Source: Minutocellus sp. GHC0000111 (lineage: Eukaryota). From it: DNA of 64,000 bases. Below, piece after piece: positions 11,489 to 23,338 of this stretch (the stretch's first letter is position 1; the number at the start of each line of letters is the position of its first letter). The notes below the pieces were generated by a model. It did not search any database, was not told where the DNA came from, and saw only the letters and a list, made by a program, of their open reading frames with translations. The translations under genes were made by a program, and so were the position numbers. Location of the stretch: positions 2,914,001 to 2,978,000 of the forward strand of contig OZ361256.1 in assembly GCA_977018835.1 (NCBI GenBank), read 5' to 3'.

Positions 11489-12760
11489 ATGAAACGGAAT
11501 GCAATCTCCGACATCAACACATGTGTTCAAGTGGATGTGACTGTCCCAGTGCACAACGCCTCTGAAACGATAAGGGAGACAGTCGAGTCAGCCCTGAATC
11601 AATGGATTCCAAAAACACTGAACGGTTCCTTGCCTTCCGAGGAGGGCATCGATTGCCTATCCAATATTGATATCGATGTTGCAGTGTGCTGTCACGACGA
11701 CGGATCGATGGATGAAAGTCTGAAAATGCTGGAGGAGATGTCTGTGCAGCAGAAAAGTGATGAAACAAAAGCCGCAAGCACATCGCCACCGGTGGGGGCA
11801 TCGAGAAGAATACGTACCCGTTTGCTCATTGGAACCAACGCAGATGGTGTGGCAAGAGGTGCTGGACATGCCCGAAACAGAGCCACAGAGCTGCGCGCTC
11901 ATGATGACGGCCCATCTTGCACTCCAACGCCACCACCATTGTCGTGTCTTTGCTTGCTGGATTCCGACGACACCATGCACCCGTTCCGAATAGCAGAACA
12001 GTTGAATGCGATGACATCCATACCAGAGGGGGATGACAATCGACGAGAACGAACTTTGACAGGATGTGCGTTCGACCGAACACCGGCTGGATCAACTTGG
12101 CACTGCTCCGAATGGGCGAACGGACTGAGTGATGAACGTTTGTTGTTGGAACGACACAGAGAGGCAACATTGCTACAGCCAACGTGGTTCCTTTCCCGAA
12201 CGCGGTTTGAGGAACTGGGTGGACACATCGAGGCACCGCACCCCAACACATGCACTGCAGAGAAAAAATTCTCGGAGAAACACAGTTCTGGGAAAAATGA
12301 AGATTGCGAACGCAGATCGAGCAACGAAGAAGGCAGCAGCAGGCGACATCGTCTGATCCATGCTAAGCACGACACGCCCCACACTCTCCGTCTAGCGGAA
12401 GACTTGCGCTTCTTTCATGAGCATTTGCGCGCTTCGGGGGGCTTGCTCAAGCTGCACCGAACAAGCCAGCCCCTGGTGACGTGCCGCCACAGGGCTGGAC
12501 AGTCGCAGAGCTCTTCCACTCCACGGAAGCTGCTGTTGAATCTGTGAGTTGTGGCATTCGAGGACAGCATCCTTCGGACCGATCCGCGATGGGCTGACTC
12601 CAACTTTGTGATGTGGGGAGCTGGCAGGGACGGAAAAGATTTCTTCAAGTCGCTAAGTCCTGATCTACGGGGGAGGGTGAGATGCTTCGTGGACGTCGAC
12701 GAGAAGAAGATTGCCGCTGGGTTCCACGCCAACCGCGATCTCGGCATCAAGATTCCCACA
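11489..12760 (+). pseudogene. QTGAL: Hypermutated, truncated GT2 glycosyltransferase of the B3GNTL1/QTGAL (queuosine-tRNA galactosyltransferase) type
   Basis: VPVHNA, DDGS, CLLDSDD, QPTWF, AEDLRFF, WGAGRDGK, FVDVDEKKI. In-frame TGA at 12545-12547, no Tyr codon in the whole frame, and homology breaks at KIP (12757). Confidence 0.85.
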
Positions 12761-15092
12761 ACAATTTTGCGCCCGAGGAGAGAGACAGATAGCATTGGGA
12801 TAAGTTTATGCAACAATCAACCCGACAAAGGGACTTTTTGGTCTGGGAGATAAATGGGTGAGTTAAGAAGGACGTGATGTGTTTGTTTGGGTGTGCTGTT
12901 TACTTTTTTGCTCAATCGCGATGCTGTTTGTAAAAGTTGGACTGTGCAATTCATTTGTTGTTGTGTAGCAGCAATGTAATTTCATTTTCTAATTTTACAC
13001 ATGCCCTGCTCCCATCTCTACATCCTCATCTCCATCGGTGGCCATCATGATCATTTTTGTTGGCGCTTGTCATCAGTTTCTGCTTTAACAGCTTCGGTCC
13101 TTGTCCTTTTCCTTGTTCTTGCCACCCGAGAGTTTCGCTCCCGCCTCTCCTCGACCTTTGGATTGGATGCCCTCTCCTCAGCCTTGAACTGCGCCGTCTG
13201 TTGGGCCTCATGTCCCTTGACGCCCTGAGTCCGACGATCTTCCTTAACGCCCTCTTGGTGGGCTCGCTCCACAAACGATTCGTCGAGCCAACAGATGCGC
13301 CGCCCCATCCATTCTTCACTAGCCAAATGTGTTGGTCCAAGATGTGATCTTCGAGTAAGTGCCACTTGGCCGTCATGCTAATGCCGATTGCCCGTGCTTG
13401 CTTGAGGGCACTTGCAATCAATGCTTCAAGCTCTCTCACAGCCTTCTTTGCCTCATCATCCCATTTCATGTGCCATTTCAGAAACCTGGAACACATTGCG
13501 TCAAGAGTGTGGAGCAAATTAGAGCAAGCTTTGCAGAGCTCTTTGATGTCGTCATCCGTCATGCCATCTTCCTCGCGATTGTGCTCTAGGAGAGTTCCTT
13601 TGGTGGAGGTGTTGTGGTGGATGAACTCTGTTGTCCTTGGTTTCTTCTTGTTGTTGCCATCAGAAACATTAACAGACAAAGCTCTCCTGCACTCTGCCAG
13701 CACTGCCCTTGTTTTACCTGACTCGGCCGCCTCAATGCCGGCCTTTTTCAGGAAATGGAAGTGAGGGGCATCGTCATCCTCGGCATCATCATCGACAGCT
13801 CCCATCTCTGGCTCGCCATCACCGTGCTTCTGACGACTCTTCTCAAAAAGTGCTGCTGCATGCATGCTTCATGTGTAGCGTCCTCTCTTGCAACATCAGC
13901 TTCGTCCTCATGACAGGGCACACAGTCCTCGTCTTCGTCGTCATCGTCCTCACTGATCTCGCCGGCCTCCGTCGTGGTCAGGGTGCCCACCGTCCCAACA
14001 TCGTCGTCATTGTCCCACCCATCGTCCTGGCCATTGTGCCCACCAGGGAGCTTCTGGGCCTCGAGCAACATCTGCCTGTTGATTTCGTAGTCCATCGCCG
14101 CATGTCCCACCGATGCATGTGGTGCGACCGACTTGAGGAATGCATCACATGCCTTCGTCAAATTGAGCCGCGGCGGCGGCATTTCGAGGCGAAGTTGTTG
14201 CTCGACCGTGACCATGTCGAAAGCCATCCATCCATCACCATGGAGAGCGTCGGCTGCACGAGGATTGACAGAACCGAGGCGAACAAACATGCTCTTTTTG
14301 CATGGGGTTCGCTGAACGTCGTCGGCAAGGCAGTGTCTTGACACCATTTCATCCCATCCATTCTGGTTGTCTGTCCTCTCACAAAAAACACATCGCAGCA
14401 GCAGTCTTCGTGTTTCTTCTTCTTCAAACCCAAGATGCCGCCGCCGTGCATGATGGGACTGCATCCCAACACATTCATCAAGGAGTCGTTGTTGTTGCCG
14501 ATGAAATTGTAGTAATGAAGTTCCTTTCTGCGAAGACGGACGAGCAGTTCAGCCAGGGCGTCCTGCACCGCAACTCTGTCTGTGCTGTCTGCGGTGTTGA
14601 CCGCGGGATTGCGGCCGTTATTTTTTTTGCTCATGGAGAACTGTGGATCGAGACCAACGGGAACATCACCAGGATGTCGGGAGTACCTGGTTGGTCTCGT
14701 GCCGTAATTCTCCCACACCAGCGCGAGATGTCGCCTTCGTTCTGCACGGTGGCTCGCGTTGGGCGCGCCGGTCGGTTGCTTCGCGCGCCGGCCGGCCACC
14801 GAAAGTGCGACCAAAAGTATGTGAGTCATCCGGCTGGCAGATGGTGCTGTGGTTGGGCGCGCCGGTCGGTTGCTTCGCGCGCCGGCCGGCCACCGAAAGT
14901 GCGACCAAAAGTATGCGAGTCATCCGGCTGGCAGATGGTGCTGTGCGGTGGCGGTTGCGCGAACGGTCTGTCCGTCCATCAGAAAAGACGCGAGGGGGAG
15001 CTGCTGCATGCATGCTTCCTGCCGCCCTGCGGCATTTTCTGTGGCAGAGAACAATGAAAGCCACCTCACCGCCTATGACATAGCAAAATCGT
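12761..15092 (-). mobile_element. Decayed, internally deleted DNA transposon with a Transib/Chapaev/RAG1-like transposase C-terminus
   Basis: Minus strand reads ISMTAKWHLLEDHILDQ...G (frameshift) LDESFVERAHQ, i.e. HxxxxH followed by the last catalytic Glu. Possible 10-bp imperfect TIR acaattttgc (12761-70)/gcaaaatcgt (15083-92). No TSD seen, so boundaries are tentative. Confidence 0.6.
14758..14945. repeat. 94-bp tandem duplication (2 copies, 1 mismatch)
   Basis: 14758-14851 vs 14852-14945; the only difference is tatgTgagt vs tatgCgagt. Confidence 0.95.
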
Positions 15093-15135
15093 AATCAATT
15101 GTCTATCTTGCATTTACTTGCCCTCTATTGAAAAC

Positions 15136-17107
15136 ATGGCAACCCCCACATTGGCTTCGGACTCACCAGAGATACGATCAGGGAAGAACCAACAAAGCAA
15201 CAAGCGACGAAGAAGTACGACGATGACAGCATCGTTCTCCAAGCTTGGTGCACCTTCGGTTCTGCTGCTCATGCTGTTGATATGGTCGACCCCATCGGCC
15301 CACGCATTTACACAAAACTTGGCACATGGGCACGGCTTCTCGTCACGGTTATTCTCAGAAGCATCGTCAGAGGATGCAACTCCACAACCAGCACAAGATG
15401 TGTCCAAAAAGAAGCAGAAGAAGAAGAAGAGCAAACGAAGCGTCTCGTATGATCTTGGCTCGGGCCAGAACAAACCTTTGGATCATTTGCGGAAGAATGC
15501 TGCTGGCAATTCTACGGCCGATAGTGATTCCATAATAAGTGGGTTGAGCTACGTTGATTTCTGGGGTGCGGGATATTCACAGGACAGTCGTTCAGGTTCA
15601 CAAAAGCCACGGATACCAAGTGCACCTCAAGTGTACGACAAGAGCAGCAAGCAACCGAATGGCGACGATGACAAGACGAAGTCAGCGCCAAAGAAGAAGA
15701 AGACGGCCCGATATGATTTGGGAATGAACAAGAATTCTCCAATTGTGGCCGGTGCCGAGCGACGTCGGACTCGGAAGCTCATTGCCAAGGGCGACGATGG
15801 GGAGTTCCTAAGTCGAGCCACTGGAAGCGGCGGGACGACGTCCTTGTCTGGTTTGAGCCGCGTGGAGAAGGGCAAGGATGAGCCGAAAAGGTCAAGATCT
15901 GCGAAAGCAACAGCCGACGACAAGACGGGAGAGCGGCTTCCGCATCGTGTGGACAGTTGGGATGAGATTGAGGATGATACCAAGAGCAGCGGCCTGGTCG
16001 GTGCGCATATCGATGGTGGCTCAACTGATCCGTCATCAGTGCCTTCTACAAAAGAAGTTGAGGGCGACAAGTCTCTCCATGAACACCACGTTGACGATGA
16101 AGCTGTGGAAGCAGCGGCCTCGGCATATGTGAATGCACTACTGCATGAGGAAACCGACATTGATGATGCCGAAGAGACATATTCATGAGTCGACAAGTAT
16201 CTCTTCCAGCAGCGACGGACCTGTTCCCTTTGAGGATATTGACCTTTCAGTGCCCCTTTCTGTCTATGATCCGGACAACAGCATAGATCTGGTGTGGGAT
16301 TTGATGCGCTACGAAGCCAACGAGGAGGCAATCCGTGAGCCCATTCTGGTCAGTTTCCTGCATTCCACCATCCTGAACCATCCCACCCTCGAATCAGCCC
16401 TGGCTTTTCATCTCGCCAACAAGCTCTCAGCTCCGGCCATGATTGCCACCCAGATCATGACCCTCATCAAGGAGGCTTTGGATGCCTCACCGACATTCCG
16501 CCGAAGTTTGAGAGCAGATATCTTGGCAGTGAGAGATCTTGACCCGGCATGTGAACATCTGCCGGATGTTTTTCTTTATTTTAAAGGATTCCACTCGCTT
16601 GAGAGCTATCGCGTTGCCAACCATCTGTGGAAGACAGGACGAACCACGCTTGCTCATTATTTGCAATCTCAGGTGTCGCAAACCTTCCAGATTGATATCC
16701 ATCCAAATGCGACCATTCTCGAAGGCGTGATGCTGGATCATGGAACCGGCATTGTGATCGGCGAAACGGCGCAAGTTGGTCACAACTGCTCCATATTGCA
16801 CCACGTTACGCTTGGCGGATCTGGCTAGAAGGGCGTCGATCGTCATCCCAAGGTAGGAAATGGAGTCCTTCTCGGCGCCGGATGCTCGGCTCTGGGCAAC
16901 GTTCGTTTAGGCGACGGATGCCAAGTTGGTGCCGGGACGCTCGTCATCGAGGATCTTCCGGATCATTCCGTCGCCGTTGGTGTACCGGCCCGAGTGATCG
17001 GTACCTTTGTGGACGTAGCGACGCAGCCAGCGAGAAATATGAACCAACTGGGCAGCAAGGAAAGTGACGAGATGATCCAACTTACCTTTGAGTCGGAGGG
17101 TATATGA
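15136..17107 (+). CDS. cysE: Serine O-acetyltransferase, probably plastid-targeted, with a long N-terminal extension; disrupted in this sequence
   Basis: EPILVSFLHSTILNH, DLDPAC, YFKGFHSL, IDIHPNA...LDHGTGIVIGETA...HHVTLGGSG*KGVDRHPK. Frameshift near 16185, in-frame TAG at 16826-16828, presequence SAHAF. Confidence 0.88.
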
Positions 17108-17348
17108 TCCATAGTCTAACATAAAAACGAAGATACAATGCCAAATGCATATCAAAAATGGATAAAAGTACTTTTTACTTTTATGTATGTATCTAATCTC
17201 GTTTGGCGTGCAAAGTTGGTCCGTGGCGTATATATGGGCGTATCCCTCTTCATCATGGATATTAGATAAACTCGGAAAGCTAAAGATCAACCCTGACTTC
17301 GAACATTCCGAGGGCTCTATTTCTCTTTTGCCATTGTATCAATCAAGC

Positions 17349-18089
17349 TCACTTCGTTGATTCCGCCGTGGCCGCCGAGCTCATCGAAGCGGCCGCTTCC
17401 AGGCGCTCCTCATTCTTCTTCTGCATGGCTGCCATACCATCAGCACCTGCACCAGAAAATGATGTGGCAGAAGAAGATACCGCAGAATTCATACCACTGT
17501 CACCCGTCATGTCCTTCTTCATCTTGTCGATGTGCACACGCTTGACGGCCATCAGATGCATGGTTTCGGCCTGAGCAAACACGTTCGTCGCATTGCTTGA
17601 AAGGAACCGAGCCGATGCCGCCTGCTGCCTGTTCTGGAGCTGCATTTGCACCTCGTGGGAGAGCTGAGACGATGGTCTCATAGCAGAGGCCTGATGATAC
17701 GCATGGTGGAACTGAGGTGGCAACTGCTGAGGGGGGTACATGGCAGCAAATTGCTGGAGTGATGCACCGCCGGCCGGCACAGGCTGATGGGGAAAAGTGT
17801 TGGGAGCGAAATGCGGAGGAGATACTTGGGCTATGTTTGGGTGGACGGTGCCGCCGGTAAACGAAGAAGGGGGGACCATGCTACCATGAGGTGCTAGAGT
17901 CGTCATCGGAAGGACCATGTTTGACATTCCCGGAGGAGAGACGCATACAGTGGCTCCTGCAGTATTGGGCCAAGGAGGGCGAACAACTCCACCTCCATCA
18001 CCACCACCAAGAGGGGGCATCTCTGCAGTTCCCATCGCGGCATGCAGCTCAGCAGCCGATAGATGATTCGCTTCAACCATATCGTCCAT
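17349..18089 (-). CDS. Hypothetical Pro/Gln-rich protein
   Basis: 247-codon ORF from ATG 18089, low complexity, no recognised domain. Confidence 0.5.
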   Translation of the reverse strand: MDDMVEANHLSAAELHAAMGTAEMPPLGGGDGGGVVRPPWPNTAGATVCVSPPGMSNMVLPMTTLAPHGSMVPPSSFTGGTVHPNIAQVSPPHFAPNTFPHQPVPAGGASLQQFAAMYPPQQLPPQFHHAYHQASAMRPSSQLSHEVQMQLQNRQQAASARFLSSNATNVFAQAETMHLMAVKRVHIDKMKKDMTGDSGMNSAVSSSATSFSGAGADGMAAMQKKNEERLEAAASMSSAATAESTK

Positions 18090-18611
18090 ATTTGGAATGC
18101 AATGGACTTTTGTTTTTTTCTTTCTCGTCTCAATGAAAACCGATATCGAGCACGAGTTGCGTTGGAAATTTGGCCTGAGATAAATTAGGCAGGACAACAA
18201 GTCTAAGATGCTGAACTGCAGACACAACAAAAAGTAGGAAGACGCGCTCTTTGACGAGAAAGTCAGTGCTTTGTATGGATTAGATAACGAGGAGGAAAGT
18301 TCCTATGAATGCTTGCTTTGTGTCGTGAAGCGACTAATCCTTACGCAGGGGCATCCGTTTCAGTTGTTCGACCTTGAGAGTAAACAGAAGCAATCGATTG
18401 GACGGTATTTTCCAGGGCAGCACGAGTTTACCGAGCAAGTAAATTCAGGTGGAGAACAGGTGATATAAGTGATAAACAAGAAGAGCCAAGAAAGATTGAC
18501 CGGCTGGCTCGCCACTCGATTGAGTCGACAAATTCAGGCATCACATGTGCGGTATCTTGTCCATCGGTCCATCAGGATTGCATCAAAGATCAAAGACGGC
18601 GGCTATATTCA

Positions 18612-19588
18612 ATGTCAAAGAGCGGTTGCTACGCCTCCAAAGAATCCGTTCATCTGACGGCTTCCGACATTACTGGTGATGAAAGGACGTCGCAAAATGG
18701 GTTAAACACAGAAAAACGACCTCTCGTTGTGATCGTAGGCGCCGGGTCAAAGCACGGCGATTCTGTCACCAATACTTCACGTGATGCCGATAACCCAGAC
18801 TCCAATGAGAACCGCTGGGGGCTCGGAGGTGCCCTCCCGCTTCCGGTTTTGCCGCCAAGGGCTACGATGTTGCTCTGATGGGGAGGCGGATTGAGGTCCT
18901 GTTTGATATCAAGACGGCTGTCGAGGCGGTGCACCAGAACAATGGCCACGGCGGGACATCGATTGTGCAATGCGTTCCATGCGACGTCACCGACGACGAA
19001 TCAGTAGAGAAGGCTTTCGATAGCATCACCAACGGTGCTGCAGGCAACACAACCTATTACATCGATCTCGTGATATTCAACGTAGCGCCACCGTATCCTC
19101 GCAACTTTCGCTTCGAGGGATGGGGCGATGTCCTCCTACCGCATCAGATCGACACATCCGACATGAACCTTCAGGTGGACACGCAAGTCAATGGTCTCAT
19201 TAGAATATCTCGTCAGGTCATGCCGGGCATGATTGAACGCCGTCGTGGCTGCATCCTTCTATCGGGCGAATCTTGCACCAACCTCCATGGTGGCTTCGAG
19301 TTTGGCTCAGTCTCGCCCGCTAGGGCAGCCCTGCGATCCCTCGCCCAGAGCATGTTCCAGGCGTACGGTCCGATGGGGGTCCATGTGTGCAATATCAACA
19401 TTGGGGGGATTATTGATTCGCCCAAAACGCGGCAATGGGCGTCGTGTGATGGTAGAATGGAGTTGGTTAAGCCAGAGGAGATTGCTGAACAATTCCTCAA
19501 CACCTATCTACAGAAACGCACTGTGTGGTCGTACGAGATCAATCTCACGCCGTCATTTGCTGCACGCAAGGTGAACATGAGGATGTGA
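18612..19588 (+). CDS. Short-chain dehydrogenase/reductase (frameshift near 18845)
   Basis: VVIVGAG...GLGGAL (shift) RFAAKGYDVALMGRR, VPCDVTDDESVEKAF, DLVIFN, RAALRSLAQSMFQAYGPMGVHV, PEEIAEQF...WSYEI. Confidence 0.85.
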
Positions 19589-20190
19589 GCAAATTGAAGT
19601 GAGCTGGGGCAGGGCAACGATGCATGCTCTACGCACATCATCTTTGCCAGGTATACTTGCTGAACGCATTTATTTTCCTACTTTTTGAATTCGATGATAT
19701 TTTTGTTGGCTTAAATTGTATAAAATGCCTGGTGCAGCAGGTACGGTTAGTGGCGAGAGAAGATATGCAAATGGCTGTATCTCCAACTCTTTCGCTATAT
19801 TGAGGCAAGAATCTGCAACGGGAACTTTGATTGTTGGATCAGTGGTCGGCCCTCCTTCATCTGCCGTTCCACTACTTTGTCATATATCTCAATAACATTT
19901 CCTCGAGAACGACGAAACTTCATCTCTAGCAATTTCAGTTTCGAATCACAAAGAAGATGTGGTCAACAGACCGATGCAAATAAAAGGATTCCGCGTGGCT
20001 TGGTCGGGACCGTCATGACGTCAGATGCAGAATCTTTTGCTTATAGAAACGAGGACATATATTTGGCTCTTATGTTTGCAACCCTTGGGTAATTGTGATC
20101 ATGTATTACGTCTTCTCATTTATATACTTATTATGTGCAATATGGACAAAAAGACACGTAGTTATCAGTGCATAATTTTCCTCCAAACAA

Positions 20191-20688
20191 TTACGCATCA
20201 TTCTCGGTAAGCCAAAAGACCAAAAGGAATGTTCCGAGAACGAGCGCAAATGCCACCACGAGGGAAAATCTTGGCGGATTGACATTGCACACCTTGTCTC
20301 CACCAGCGACTGATGCAATAGAAATAGTGTAGCTTCCACTTTCCACATCTCGATCACTTCGTCGCATATTTACATCATCTTCCTGATCTTGAGGTGTTTC
20401 TTCTTCTCGGTGGTCTTGTTGTTCGTCATTGCTACAAATTGGCGTTTGAAGAGATGTATCCTCTGACACGTTACCGTTACCATCGTCCCCCACCATTGAC
20501 GATTGAATCTGGCTCTCATTGTGAGTGCTCATTTCTGAAGCAAAGCGGTCGCTATTTGAAGTGTCATCACAGTGAAAATATGTATCTTTCTCGAGATCAA
20601 TCGGTGACGACGACGTGGCGCATGCGGGAGAGTCTGCTTCCGAGCAGCACGAAGAAGAAGTTTCATCGTTTGACGATGGCGTGCTCAT
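20191..20688 (-). CDS. Small acidic protein with a C-terminal membrane anchor
   Basis: 165-aa ORF ending FSLVVAFALVLGTFLLVFWL. Confidence 0.5.
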   Translation of the reverse strand: MSTPSSNDETSSSCCSEADSPACATSSSPIDLEKDTYFHCDDTSNSDRFASEMSTHNESQIQSSMVGDDGNGNVSEDTSLQTPICSNDEQQDHREEETPQDQEDDVNMRRSDRDVESGSYTISIASVAGGDKVCNVNPPRFSLVVAFALVLGTFLLVFWLTENDA

Positions 20689-20842
20689 AATACCAAGGAT
20701 GTGGCGAAGCTTGCAGTAGTGTGTAATTAAGTCAAATCGGTGCTAATGTCAATTTCTGTTTTTACACTCTGGGAAATGCTCTGTCTGTACGGTCTTTTCT
20801 GGCATGCTTGGGAGACGCCGAATTCTGGGAACTTCTCGATGC

Positions 20843-20914
20843 AGCCGCCAACTTTCTCGCTGTGAGCCGCCAACTTTCTCGCTGTGCGTCTCGCATTCGC
20901 CGTCTCGCATTCGC
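20843..20914. repeat. Two adjacent short tandem duplications (22 bp x2 and 14 bp x2)
   Basis: agccgccaactttctcgctgtg x2 (20843-20886); cgtctcgcattcgc x2 (20887-20914). Confidence 0.9.
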
Positions 20915-21298
20915 CTTCTCTCCTGAGTTTTGATATCCACTAAACGAAGGCAATGTAGTGCCTCATTCATTTCTCGACGGCCAGACGGCCAGGCCATCAA
21001 TTTGTGCGGCCGTGCGTGCTTTGTCCGCTCTGTGCGATGTACGACAAGATTGCAATTTCAGCGCCAGGCCGCCAGTCGGATAACATAGCCGCATTGCCCA
21101 CACAAAGCACTGACACCAGTCAATGGGCTAGGCTCGGTGGAAACGAAATTGTTCCGGTTCTTCTCTTGAAGCATAGTTTTCACGCCGAACTTTCGCGGCC
21201 GGCAGACACAGAAGAAAAAGGCGCTCAAGATTCGATTCGATTCGATTTGCAATCCTCTTGAATACGAGTATTTCGATAGGTCACTCAGCATCCTAAGT

Positions 21299-21592
21299 AT
21301 GGGCGGATGCCAATCGAGACGCAATCTCATCCCCAACGATAGTAGGCATGTGATGCTGGCGGTCAGATGTGACAAGGACATGCGAAACAGCTACGGGGAA
21401 GAAGATCCAAGTTTTGATCTACATTTGACCAATGAGACGCCTAATGTCAACGAATCAACAATGCTTGGTGATCACTTAGAGGCGCTCAACAACAAAGATC
21501 TGCACTCGATGAAAAGTGGAAAGTACTGGAGAAGGAAGACAATGACGACGGCGTTTAGCGGTTGGTCGTCCATAGATCTAGTTATACCGTAA
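21299..21592 (+). CDS. Small putatively N-acylated protein (MGGCQS), paralog of 22170-22565
   Basis: MGGCQS...PNDSRHVMLAVRCDKDM aligns with MGGCQS...PADSRHVMMHVKNDKEL. Confidence 0.6.
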   Translation: MGGCQSRRNLIPNDSRHVMLAVRCDKDMRNSYGEEDPSFDLHLTNETPNVNESTMLGDHLEALNNKDLHSMKSGKYWRRKTMTTAFSGWSSIDLVIP

Positions 21593-22169
21593 CAAATAAA
21601 GCGCGTAAATAGTAAAATAGGAATCGTATTAAGGCAGGGCAGCGATTGATTGTGAACCCAGCAAAGATCGCGCCAATCAGCAATGCGACGCTGTTTGTTG
21701 AGCCGGCATTCGTCTAGCTACCTATACAAGCTGTGCCATTGACGAATCCTTCGTCGCATGTTGTGGCAAGGCAACCTCGAACATTCTCTAGTGTCATTTC
21801 CTTCGGGCCAGAGCATTGAGCATGCCACCACGTTCCGAGTTAGAGTGTGTTTTGATGCAAGCGAGCTATCAAGCAGTCCACCATTAGATGGTCTACATAC
21901 AACAACAGCTGTTCAAACCATGGGGTGGGGCGGTAAACTCAAAACGCAAAAGCAAAATCTAATCTAATTTACACGAATTTTTCTTGCTGGTACGGATATT
22001 GTGTCCCTGGCTTTCGAAAAGACGTTCTTACATCTCTGCTGCGTAGTCTGGTAGTCTTTGAGTTCGGCGGCCAAGTGTCGAATGACCCCGCGCTCGTGGT
22101 GGGGTCGAGCACAAAATATCTGTCAGTAGATTCGACGGGGATGAATCTTCATGCATGTGCGACCAGTTT

Positions 22170-22565
22170 TCATTGGTTGCTAGAGTTGGACACATCCAGC
22201 GCCGTGGTATCGGTGGCTCGTCGCTCAACGGCTGCGGGGTTGGCGGCGGCGGTGTCCTTCTCGTCGTCGCTGTTGGTCATGGTCCGAGCACTGGCCTGTC
22301 CGGCGGCGGAGGCGGCCTGCTCGGCGCGCTTCTTCTCCATGAGGGCGGCCATGCCGTTACCGGAACTGACCGCCGGTGGTTGGTAGGCGGCCCGGGGCTG
22401 ATATCCCGCCCGAGGCTTGAAGTCCGGTTGGGACGTCTTGGTCCCCTCCTGCATCTTGTTGAGCTCCTTGTCGTTCTTGACGTGCATCATGACATGACGG
22501 CTGTCGGCAGGAAAGTTGGCGTCGATGGCGGCGTTGCGCGCGTCGGATGATTGGCAGCCTCCCAT
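22170..22565 (-). CDS. Small putatively myristoylated/palmitoylated protein (MGGCQS)
   Basis: ATG at 22565 after an A-rich leader, MGxCxS dual-acylation motif, strong GC3 codon bias. Confidence 0.7.
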   Translation of the reverse strand: MGGCQSSDARNAAIDANFPADSRHVMMHVKNDKELNKMQEGTKTSQPDFKPRAGYQPRAAYQPPAVSSGNGMAALMEKKRAEQAASAAGQASARTMTNSDDEKDTAAANPAAVERRATDTTALDVSNSSNQ

Positions 22566-23338
22566 TTTGTGCTTGTTTTTAATTATGAAATATTTGGTTG
22601 GAATCAATTAATTGGCGGTAAGCCTTGGCTGCTGTCTCGAGATTCGATGGAAATGCGATCGAATGGGTGGAGGATGTTTGTGTCGGGTGGCGTGGCCGTG
22701 TATGACTCCAACAGGTTATTGCCGAGAATGATACCTTCAGGCAACTGTGCGTGGTGGTTCATTGTTACTTATTTATTTTCACTTTTCACTGGCCTGCAAT
22801 GCGTGGCGCCGCAGACACGCCAAAAATCTCGCTTTTTCGCAGCAAGACACAGGTTTCGAAAGACACAAGGCCCTTTCCGAAGCAACGGCTTTCTGAGCCT
22901 AAGCATTACACGTGGCGTCGTGCGATTTGAAAAAGGAACACATTGCAACATCATGTGCCAAGTTGCATCCCGGCGCTGTTGTGTGGCAGTCAGCCCCACA
23001 CCTGCTCTTGACGGGATGGAGATAGCACGCTACTAAGCACAACAAGACGAGTACCTCGTTACAAGGTCAAGCCCATATCACTACGAAAGAAGGGAAGATC
23101 TCCAAATGAATTGAGGTTACGCAGCAGAGTTTGTTTTGCATTTCACAGCATAAGAAATAATTGCTGCATGCAGCTTTCTCGATTCATGAGTTCATTCGGA
23201 CGATTGAATTGAAATTGAACTGAGAGCGGCCATGACATCCTTCAAGGTTCAAGCACGATCGAAGTGAAGTGAATTTGGTAACCGGCCGTTTGTATTGGTC
23301 TGGCAATCATCAAGTCCAAGCAAGAAGAGGTCAAGCAT

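Noticed and set aside
12545..12547. Selenocysteine TGA in the QTGAL-like gene (also considered for 23933)
   Set aside because: The position corresponds to Arg (CGA->TGA), not Cys, and the gene is otherwise degraded.
11489..15000. Classical fungal RIP or plain 5mC deamination as the cause of the skew
   Set aside because: Those are C->T changes that create TpA/TpG. Here TpA is lost and Tyr codons become CAY/TGY. A few CpG->TpG changes exist but do not explain the pattern.
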